A stretch of 42,174 nucleotides of DNA from a virus. Taxonomy: Duplodnaviria; Caudoviricetes. Shown in pieces: positions 36,063 to 42,174 of the stretch. Within the stretch, counting starts at the first letter, position 1; every line of letters begins with the position of its first letter. The stretch lies in the IMG/VR virus record IMGVR_UViG_3300022177_000061, positions 1 to 42,174 of that record; one strand, 5' to 3'. Made by a program: the position numbers and the translations under genes. Below the pieces are notes generated by a model that was not told the DNA's origin, did no database searches, and saw nothing but the letters and a program-made list of their open reading frames with translations.

Positions 36063-37064
36063 TTAAGCGTTTGCGGGTGCAGTTTCATTCTTTGCATTGC
36101 GTCTCCTCTCAGAAGGCAGCTGAATATTGTTGCCGGTTGGAACCGGGGCCGGGCGCTGGGGCGTCTGGGCCTGAGGCAATTCAAAGCACTTCTTTTCTTT
36201 GTTTACCACAAAGCCAAGCGCCTTGGAGCGGTCTATAATCAGCTTTTCAATAACGGACCGGTAAGATGGCGGCAGTTCTTTTGCAACTGCGAGCAGCTCG
36301 GTAAGCTCATCCGGATCCTCACAACCTTGGACCTCCTGTTGATATGCATGCATCTTATCAAGGGCCTCCTTTTGAGCTTCGGACATCGAGCGGATAGCAT
36401 CCTTAACTGCAATAATCAAGGAGGACATGAAATGGTTGAAGTCCTGACTGCTTTCATCCGGGATCTCGATCAGAGGCAGCCTGGCAACGTTCTTGCCGAT
36501 GGTGGTATCGGTAGGTTCAAACTGAATTGTCCGCTTGTTGTTAACGGTCTTCATGTAACCAACCTGGTCGGCAATGCGAAGCAGAAGGTTGTAGGACTGG
36601 CCGGTAACATCCGGAATCTTCTTCAGGATATCGCCTTCCTTCTCATCCTTGGCATGGGCGATAATTACCAGGTCTGCATTTTCGCTCCTGCGGTTGCTTA
36701 CAAAAACTTTGAATTCGTCACCTATGGCGCCATAGGCAGCGAGTTTGTTCTTGGTGTTCTTGTAGTCCTGTTTGATGACGTAAGCCATCAGGAAGTCATC
36801 CAGAGCTGCCTTTGCCGTATCGATGCCGATGGTATCGTAATCAGCAAATGTGCCGGCCTTCTCTTCTGCCAGGACATCCTCCCATTTGCTCACAAGCAAG
36901 GTATCCTGGCGGTTAATACTCCGGTCCACTCCCCTATCGAAGTCAAGCAATAGTGGATTTTTGGCCGTGTTAAACAGGGAGGTTTTCCCGATCCCTGGCT
37001 CCCCATAAAGAACGATCACAACCGGACGTTCGGGGAGGCTTTCTTCTTTTCTCAAAATTGGCAT
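36063..37064 (-). CDS. AAA ATPase, Sak4-like single-strand annealing protein
   Basis: LYGEPGIGKTS, LLLDFDRG, TIGIDT, IIAH, ADQVGY. Confidence 0.85.
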   Translation of the reverse strand: MPILRKEESLPERPVVIVLYGEPGIGKTSLFNTAKNPLLLDFDRGVDRSINRQDTLLVSKWEDVLAEEKAGTFADYDTIGIDTAKAALDDFLMAYVIKQDYKNTKNKLAAYGAIGDEFKVFVSNRRSENADLVIIAHAKDEKEGDILKKIPDVTGQSYNLLLRIADQVGYMKTVNNKRTIQFEPTDTTIGKNVARLPLIEIPDESSQDFNHFMSSLIIAVKDAIRSMSEAQKEALDKMHAYQQEVQGCEDPDELTELLAVAKELPPSYRSVIEKLIIDRSKALGFVVNKEKKCFELPQAQTPQRPAPVPTGNNIQLPSERRRNAKNETAPANA

Positions 37065-37166
37065 TGTCGTATTGATTTAGGGTTAATAAGTTTCTTAGTT
37101 ATCGATTGCATTTGCCTTGCCTCCCGTTGTATCTTTACAGCTCTCAGCAAAGTCGTATTGCTTTCT

Positions 37167-37406
37167 CTAAAAAGCCTTGTCAGCAATGGCAGGGCTTTTT
37201 TCGTATGTGTACCCCAGGTGCTTTTCAATCAAGCCTTTCATAATCGGCCTGGGGATGTGGATGTACATTCCATGCGCCATGCAGCACTGATACTGCAGGT
37301 AAGCGAAGACCATACTCAGTTCTTTGCTGTGGCTGACCTGGTCGACGGTAAATTTGGCTTTGAACTCATCAAAGAGCTGTCGTACTGTTTTCTCGGGTGT
37401 TTCCAT
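37167..37406 (-). CDS. Hypothetical protein
   Basis: 79 aa with A-rich leader just after the tRNA. Confidence 0.55.
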   Translation of the reverse strand: METPEKTVRQLFDEFKAKFTVDQVSHSKELSMVFAYLQYQCCMAHGMYIHIPRPIMKGLIEKHLGYTYEKSPAIADKAF

Positions 37407-37426
37407 GATGTTGTTTTTGGGTGTAC

Positions 37427-37502
37427 TGGTAGCGGGAGCAGGATTCGAACCTGCGGCCTAGGGGCTATGACTCCCTCGAGCTGACCTCTGCTCTATCCCG
37501 CC
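37427..37502 (-). tRNA. tRNA with CAT anticodon, initiator (fMet)-like body, atypical anticodon arm
   Basis: GGCGGGA-TA-GAGC AGAGGTCA GCTC-G-AGGGA GTCATAG CCCCT-AGGCC-GCAGG TTCGAAT CCTGC-TCCCGCT-A-CCA; 76 nt, encoded CCA. Confidence 0.85.
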
Positions 37503-37849
37503 GTTGTATTTCGTCCTCTTTTTATTTGGTAATGAGCATTGAGAATCAGAAACTGTTTATTCCGCTTGCGCTTGATTGATTCCACATCAAACTTCAGCAC
37601 CTCCGATAGCCGAAAGCGGTAATGATCCTTATCATCGTCTCGAAGTTCAGGTACTACTACCCCCTGCTTTATCCATCTTTTCAGGGTTATTTTTGATATG
37701 GAATGGATCAGGCAGAAATGCTCCCCCGTTACTATTACATTGTAAAATCTATCCGGGTTGTAGGAATAAATCTTCTTTGCCTCCTGAAATATCATATCCT
37801 TGAGGTCATCGGGGTTCATCCCGTGCAATAAGGTTGATTCAGTATTCAT
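37493..37849 (-). CDS. Excisionase-like HTH DNA-binding protein
   Basis: ISKITLKRWIKQG...YRFRLSEV MerR/Xis-type winged HTH. Confidence 0.65.
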   Translation of the reverse strand: MNTESTLLHGMNPDDLKDMIFQEAKKIYSYNPDRFYNVIVTGEHFCLIHSISKITLKRWIKQGVVVPELRDDDKDHYRFRLSEVLKFDVESIKRKRNKQFLILNAHYQIKRGRNTTAG

Positions 37850-38337
37850 ATAAGGCCTGCTTTTGCTGCGAGTGAAACAATGTGATATTTAGAAGTGCAA
37901 CCGGTTTTTGCCCGGATGTTGCGGAGAATGGCTATGACTGTGTTATGTGCGATAGAGAGCATGTCTGCTACCTGTTTGTCGGCATAGCCCTCGGAGATCT
38001 TCTTAACGATCTCAACTTCCCTTGGGGTAAGCTTTACATCGTTGATGTAATTGCATTTTGTGCCGTCGCAATCGGTCAACTGGCCCTTAGTGACATCGGG
38101 GATATCGTTCCATCCGCCAACATATTCTCGTATAAATCCGAATACAAGATCATTGCCCGGGGCAAACCGGCATTTCAATTTTTTATAATCCGGATGGGAT
38201 ACTGCCATCTCCAGGGCAATGAGATAATACTTTGAACCGGGGGTTACTTCATGCACCTCACCGGCTTCCAGTGCATAGTAACTCCCCTCCTTTTCGAAGA
38301 ACTCTATGTGGTCCGGGGATATCAGCGCCTGGTTCAT
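37846..38337 (-). CDS. LuxR-type HTH transcriptional regulator
   Basis: LTPREVEIVKKISEGYADKQVADMLSIAHNTV...NIRAKTG. Confidence 0.85.
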   Translation of the reverse strand: MNQALISPDHIEFFEKEGSYYALEAGEVHEVTPGSKYYLIALEMAVSHPDYKKLKCRFAPGNDLVFGFIREYVGGWNDIPDVTKGQLTDCDGTKCNYINDVKLTPREVEIVKKISEGYADKQVADMLSIAHNTVIAILRNIRAKTGCTSKYHIVSLAAKAGLI

Positions 38338-38564
38338 ACTGCCTCCTTTTGCAGTACATCCTCTGTAAGGATGTCTTCAGGATTAACCGAAAGCCCCTCG
38401 GAGATGATCTGTACAACCTTATAGGAGGTAAGCGGGCCATTTGAGGAATTCTCTTTCAGAAACCTCCATAAAGAGTAGCGGGAGGTTTTGAGTTCTTTGA
38501 TCAGCGCCCTTTTCACATCGTGACGGCCGTTGACCCTTTCGATGATTTCAATCTTGAGTTTCAT
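38334..38564 (-). CDS. Cro-like HTH protein
   Basis: 76 aa, XRE-like helices, ISEGLSVNPEDIL tail; early operon divergent from the repressor. Confidence 0.6.
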   Translation of the reverse strand: MKLKIEIIERVNGRHDVKRALIKELKTSRYSLWRFLKENSSNGPLTSYKVVQIISEGLSVNPEDILTEDVLQKEAV

Positions 38565-38618
38565 GTTACTTAAATTTTGGTATTGCTTTTTGTGAAACTT
38601 TGTTCTATTTTTGAAACC

Positions 38619-38891
38619 TTATTCCTTTGTAAGGAATTGGTAAGTTGAATGCATTGTGGTGATGAAGTCGTTGGTGGCAAAGTCGCCCTTGTCTTCGTGG
38701 CAGCTTTTGCTGTGATGCGCTGCATGGAATCTTCTTGAGAAGTCGTGCGGACTGCTGGCCAGTGCTAGGAAGTCAAGGACCACATCAGGCAGGGTGAACC
38801 CCTCAGTATCTGAGGGTGTGAATGGTTTTACTATGCTCAGGGCTTCAGCTTTCATAATGTCCCTGCTGGGGATGTCTTCAAAGAATTGCAT
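38619..38891 (-). CDS. Hypothetical protein, first gene of the early lytic operon
   Basis: Probable start MQFFED at 38891 with CAACAAACA leader. Confidence 0.55.
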   Translation of the reverse strand: MQFFEDIPSRDIMKAEALSIVKPFTPSDTEGFTLPDVVLDFLALASSPHDFSRRFHAAHHSKSCHEDKGDFATNDFITTMHSTYQFLTKE

Positions 38892-38922
38892 TGTTTGTTG
38901 CTTTGTTGGTGTAATTATGACA

Positions 38923-38953
38923 CAAATATACAACAATGTTCAAGTTTATGCAA
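38923..38953 (-). promoter_or_regulatory. Early lytic promoter 1 with palindromic operator
   Basis: Minus strand TTG-N20-TATATTTG: TTGCATAAACTTGAACATTGTTGTATATTTG. Confidence 0.8.
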
Positions 38954-38996
38954 CTTTTTGCAAGTTTTTTTTCAATATATTTCAATATTTCTACAA

Positions 38997-39353
38997 ATGA
39001 CTGACAAAGAAAGGCTTGAGAGTGTAATTAAATACTCAAAGAAGAGTGTTAATGCATTTGCAGTGTCTTTGGGCTTGGACAGGAGTACAAGAATTTACAA
39101 TATTATTAACCAGAAGAATGGGATTAGCTCTTCTATCGCTAATCTGATTACTTCGAAATACACTGAAATAGACTACGACTGGCTCCTAACCGGAGAAGGC
39201 GAGATGCTGAAGGCAGATCAGGAACCGGCCGTGGAATCCCAGCCACCAGGCAAGCTTTACGAGATTATCCTCAAACAGCAGGAAACCATCGCAAAGCTCA
39301 CCGACCGGCTGCTAAAACTCACCGAAGACTTTAAACCTAACAAGGACCATTAA
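38997..39353 (+). CDS. CI-like repressor 1 (HTH plus coiled coil, no S24 peptidase domain)
   Basis: Start MTDKERL at 38997; F...LGL HTH; DWLLTGEGEML; divergent from the early operon. Confidence 0.8.
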   Translation: MTDKERLESVIKYSKKSVNAFAVSLGLDRSTRIYNIINQKNGISSSIANLITSKYTEIDYDWLLTGEGEMLKADQEPAVESQPPGKLYEIILKQQETIAKLTDRLLKLTEDFKPNKDH

Positions 39354-39364
39354 ATCAAAGAACG

Positions 39365-39586
39365 ATGAACAAAAAAGATTTGAATCCTGGGGACACCGTT
39401 TGGCTTTCGCATGATGATACTACCAAGTACACCTATCTTGGAGAAACAGCCATAATTCCAAGCATCAAGAATGAAGGTTATATCCCGATCCATAAGGCTG
39501 AGCTTGGCGTATTCGCATACAACCCTGGGCCTAATCGCGAGCTAAAGATGATTCTCTTGCCTTATGAAGCAGTGAATAAGGTATAA
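39365..39586 (+). CDS. Hypothetical protein (small SH3/KOW-like beta protein)
   Basis: LNPGDTVWL motif; follows repressor 1. Confidence 0.55.
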   Translation: MNKKDLNPGDTVWLSHDDTTKYTYLGETAIIPSIKNEGYIPIHKAELGVFAYNPGPNRELKMILLPYEAVNKV

Positions 39587-39755
39587 GCTCCCCTTTGCGA
39601 ACATAATGCTCAGCTTCAAAGGCATCCTGCGGACAAAGCTCTCCGCCAGGTCTTTTTGACATCTCAAGCAATTTGAGCCGGATATCGGTGTCGTCCAGCA
39701 CAGTTATTTCTTCAATAACACGACCGTCAGGGTCGTAAACAAAGTTTTTTTTCAT
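39531..39755 (-). CDS. Hypothetical protein
   Basis: Probable start MKKNFV at 39755; 3' overlap with the plus-strand ORF. Confidence 0.45.
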   Translation of the reverse strand: MKKNFVYDPDGRVIEEITVLDDTDIRLKLLEMSKRPGGELCPQDAFEAEHYVRKGELIPYSLLHKARESSLARD

Positions 39756-39779
39756 GGTCAATAATTAATTTGATAAGTG

Positions 39780-39959
39780 ATGAGTGAAAATGAGAATGAA
39801 GTTTGGTCAGAGGAGAATGAAATTGATCTTCTCAGGCTTCAGGTTGACTTCCTGATTGAGCATCTTTTAACCGATGAGCAAAAGGCGGAGATGGCCGATT
39901 TTAAGGATAAGGCTAAGAAGATGAACCGGAACCTACCAATTGGCGGAGGTAGTTTTTAA
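39780..39959 (+). CDS. Small acidic hypothetical protein
   Basis: Probable start MSENEN at 39780; helical, protein-like composition. Confidence 0.5.
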   Translation: MSENENEVWSEENEIDLLRLQVDFLIEHLLTDEQKAEMADFKDKAKKMNRNLPIGGGSF

Positions 39960-40116
39960 TCCTCCGGAAAAGGCTTTCTTTGAATACGAGTGGTTTGCCA
40001 TACGGCATTCCTACAATCATCTGCCGTTTGTCAGTTGCGATGTAGATACGGCCGGGCTCCAGGTCCTTGGGCAGGTTTGCCAATTTTCCGCGAGCTTGTA
40101 GCATTGGTGTTGCCAT
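39913..40116 (-). CDS. Hypothetical protein downstream of promoter 2
   Basis: AAACAGCAAAC-ATG leader; LEPGRIYIATD motif. Confidence 0.55.
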   Translation of the reverse strand: MATPMLQARGKLANLPKDLEPGRIYIATDKRQMIVGMPYGKPLVFKESLFRRIKNYLRQLVGSGSSS

Positions 40117-40147
40117 GTTTGCTGTTTTTGAGGGTTAAACCATGTCG

Positions 40148-40178
40148 CAAATGTAGAACATTGTTTAACGTTTATCAA
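40148..40178 (-). promoter_or_regulatory. Leftward promoter 2 with palindromic operator
   Basis: Minus strand TTG-N20-TACATTTG: TTGATAAACGTTAAACAATGTTCTACATTTG. Confidence 0.75.
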
Positions 40179-40231
40179 GGTTAATTTAAACTTTGCTCTA
40201 TTTTTAATGTAATTTTAATATTGTCATCATT

Positions 40232-40630
40232 ATGACAGTTAAAGAAAGGCTACTGGAATTTATCAAATACAAAGGCATTCCTGTAAGGAAGTTTGAATCC
40301 ATTGTTGGCCTTTCTAATGGATATGTCGGGAATATGAGGGTTTCTATTCAGCCTGATAAAATTTCGAGTATCGCTCTAAAATTCCCTGAACTTGACACCG
40401 GCTGGCTTCTCACAGGAGAGGGTAGCATGCTGAAAGAGGACAAGAAAGATCTGCCGGTAGAGAGCCAGGCGGCCATAGATAATATTTCAAAGGCCCTGGA
40501 GATCATCCAGAACCAGCAGGCGGCAATAACAAAGCTGAGCGATGCCGCTTTAATTCAAGCCCGGAACATTGAAAAACTTTTAGAGGGCAACCATCTACCT
40601 GGTACGAACCACGACCGCAAAGCCGGATGA
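40232..40630 (+). CDS. CI-like repressor 2 (HTH plus coiled coil, no S24 peptidase domain)
   Basis: MTVKERL..FIKYKGI....FE..VGLSNGY; FPELDTGWLLTGEGSML, typical Bacteroidota phage repressor N-domain. Confidence 0.88.
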   Translation: MTVKERLLEFIKYKGIPVRKFESIVGLSNGYVGNMRVSIQPDKISSIALKFPELDTGWLLTGEGSMLKEDKKDLPVESQAAIDNISKALEIIQNQQAAITKLSDAALIQARNIEKLLEGNHLPGTNHDRKAG

Positions 40631-40653
40631 GGGTGGTGTACCGGAAATTGAGC

Positions 40654-40661
40654 TATATTTG
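40654..40661 (+). promoter_or_regulatory. -7 element TATATTTG for the membrane-protein pair
   Basis: Exact TAnnTTTG 23 nt before ATG 40685. Confidence 0.5.
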
Positions 40662-40684
40662 ATTGTTAAACCAATACTATAAAA

Positions 40685-40975
40685 ATGAAAAATTCAGATT
40701 TTGTTACTGACGTTTACAGATCAATCAGATTCGGTGTTCCTGCCGAAAATCGTCAAACAGTTAAAATGGAGTTTGACAGAATCCTTAAGGTAAACAATGA
40801 CCTTCCGGAGGCAGAGTTCAGAGATGTATTTTTAAAAGAAGCAAAGCCATTTATTGAAACCTATGCAAGGTTGGATGCCAGACGGGAGCTGAAATATATC
40901 AGGATGATCCTGTTTACCTTTCTGATTATGATTGTTCTTGGCGCACTTATCGCAATCCTTTCAAACATTGACTAA
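40685..40975 (+). CDS. Membrane protein with C-terminal TM helix
   Basis: MILFTFLIMIVLGALIAILS. Confidence 0.7.
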   Translation: MKNSDFVTDVYRSIRFGVPAENRQTVKMEFDRILKVNNDLPEAEFRDVFLKEAKPFIETYARLDARRELKYIRMILFTFLIMIVLGALIAILSNID

Positions 40976-40986
40976 ATTATACTCTT

Positions 40987-41406
40987 ATGACAACAATAGA
41001 TTCATTACAGAAAGCGGAAAGAGAGATTGTTATTGACTTTGGACTTGAACATGTCAAGCAATCAATCCTAAAGATTTATAATACTCCTGGGGCAAAATAT
41101 TCCCTGTATAAAGACGGAGCAAATCTGGTATTCAACACCTTTCATTCCTCAATATCAAATGGTCTTAATCCTGCGGTTATGGACATAACAATTGAGGATG
41201 CCGGTGACAATAAAACAAAGGTTAAGATAGCTGTAACAAATACCCACGGTGCAAAGGCGTCAAATTCAATATTGTCAGGGTTGCTTACCGACTACTTAAA
41301 CGTTTTAGGGCAGGTACTATCTAATCAAAGCTATCAGGTCCCCAAGAGCGGCTGTATGCTTTTAATACTGGCAGGAATAGCCACAGCAATTCTGTTCGCA
41401 ATATAA
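40987..41406 (+). CDS. Tail-anchored membrane protein
   Basis: Alpha/beta domain plus KSGC-MLLILAGIATAILFAI C-terminal anchor. Confidence 0.7.
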   Translation: MTTIDSLQKAEREIVIDFGLEHVKQSILKIYNTPGAKYSLYKDGANLVFNTFHSSISNGLNPAVMDITIEDAGDNKTKVKIAVTNTHGAKASNSILSGLLTDYLNVLGQVLSNQSYQVPKSGCMLLILAGIATAILFAI

Positions 41407-41486
41407 CTTGTTCTAACCCCCCGGCACGCAACTTGCGGTTGTTAAGTTACAATTTGCAATAATTGTGATTTAATTACGAAACATTG

Positions 41487-41517
41487 TTGCACAGATGAAT
41501 GTTTAAGTATAGTTTTG
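41487..41517 (+). promoter_or_regulatory. Promoter of hicB-hicA
   Basis: TTG (41487-41489)-N20-TAGTTTTG (41510-41517); AACATTGTT at 41480-41488 overlaps the -33 element. Confidence 0.7.
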
Positions 41518-41539
41518 CACACCCAATAAATGGATCCTT

Positions 41540-41926
41540 ATGGGAGAAAAAACCAACCTTTCCTTTGAAGGCACCTGGAAAAGCCATGAGCATACTGTAG
41601 AAGTAAAGCTTCCGATGATTTTATTTGAAGAAGACGGCACTCATATTATGTATTGCCCGGCTCTTGATGTTAGTGGATATGGCTATAATGAAACAGAAGC
41701 GAAGCGTTCTTTTGAATTGTCTTTTGCTGAGTTCCTTAAGTTTACTACTAACAAAAGGACTCTTCATAAAGTTCTTACAGCTATGGGATGGTCAATAAGA
41801 AGCAAGAGCAAACCAATGATTCCTCCCCCAATCTCCAGGCTTCTGGAAGATAATGAAAACTTCAGGAATATTTTTGACAACTATCCATACCGGAAGGTGG
41901 ATGAATCACTTTGCATTCCGGCATAA
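41540..41926 (+). CDS. hicB: HicB-like antitoxin
   Basis: FEEDG..IMYCPALDVSGYG.NETEA..SF partial RNase H fold; adjacent to hicA. Confidence 0.8.
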   Translation: MGEKTNLSFEGTWKSHEHTVEVKLPMILFEEDGTHIMYCPALDVSGYGYNETEAKRSFELSFAEFLKFTTNKRTLHKVLTAMGWSIRSKSKPMIPPPISRLLEDNENFRNIFDNYPYRKVDESLCIPA

Positions 41927-41937
41927 ACACCCTTTGA

Positions 41938-42174
41938 ATGGGAGGTGAACACTTAAGGAATATACCGCTCAGAACAATCAGGGATTACCTATCCTGGAAA
42001 GGATTAAAGGTATATAGAACTAAGGGTGGACATGAAACATGGGGCTGTACTGGCCTTCTCCGCCCAATAGTGATCCAGACTCATGTGGATCCGGTCCCTG
42101 AGTTTATCGTCAAACAGATACTCCGAAACCTTAACACGAACAGAGAAGATTTCATTAATTTTCTCCGGTCATAG
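41938..42174 (+). CDS. hicA: HicA-family mRNA interferase toxin
   Basis: 78 aa basic; GLKVYRTKGGHETW (catalytic His), PIVI..H, VKQIL. Confidence 0.85.
   Translation: MGGEHLRNIPLRTIRDYLSWKGLKVYRTKGGHETWGCTGLLRPIVIQTHVDPVPEFIVKQILRNLNTNREDFINFLRS

Larger units (their letters stand above)
1..42174. mobile_element. Temperate siphovirus-like prophage of a Bacteroidota host
   Basis: Integrase, repressors, replication, terminase, portal, protease, HK97-type capsid, tail tube, 1255-aa tape measure and fibres in modular order; no sheath gene recognised. Confidence 0.95.

Noticed and set aside
38886-38996. N-terminal extension of repressor 1 given by the ORF track (likewise extensions of ORFs ending at 1980, 6768, 9054, 13758 and 27725)
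   Set aside because: Extensions run through promoters or upstream genes; paralogue alignment and coupling point to the internal ATGs used here
1-42174. CRISPR array, rRNA or IS element
   Set aside because: No regularly spaced repeat-spacer pattern, rRNA-like sequence or transposase motif seen
1-42174. attL/attR direct repeats
   Set aside because: Window is cut exactly at the first and last codons of the terminal genes, so att sites would lie outside; the internal tRNA is mid-operon and full length, not an att remnant
1-42174. Stop-codon reassignment as in some Bacteroidota phages
   Set aside because: Core genes are full length in the standard code, and TAA, TGA and TAG all terminate tightly packed genes

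Overview
Apparently near-complete temperate siphovirus-type (pro)phage of a Bacteroidota host, trimmed exactly from the integrase ATG (1) to the hicA stop (42174), so no att sites are visible. Host inferred from TAnnTTTG (-7)/TTG (-33) promoters, A-rich SD-less start contexts and a Bacteroidota-type tyrosine integrase. Layout: integrase (+), then one long minus-strand block. In transcription order that block is Cro/LuxR/excisionase-like regulators, a fMet-like tRNA, Sak4-like ATPase and PD-(D/E)XK nuclease, ParB, HARP-SNF2 helicase, replication initiator with internal iterons, loader ATPase, VRR-NUC, small accessory ORFs, ParB-methyltransferase, terminase, portal, protease, HK97 capsid, head-tail and tail genes with lysis genes embedded, tape measure, tail tip/fibres and a spanin-like gene. 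The right end is an immunity region with two paralogous repressors, membrane proteins and hicB-hicA. Most unusual: (1) the major capsid protein starts with a membrane anchor/signal-like segment, and a decoration-like protein two genes later has a Sec signal peptide; (2) a duplicated repressor/promoter switch shares an AACAWTGTT palindrome that also occurs at the hicBA promoter and upstream of the signal-peptide gene; (3) a strand-specific intergenic CAATACGAC motif; (4) an initiator-like tRNA with a remodelled anticodon arm; (5) a compositionally foreign cassette inside the tail fibre. All product calls come from reading motifs and synteny; no database searches were run.
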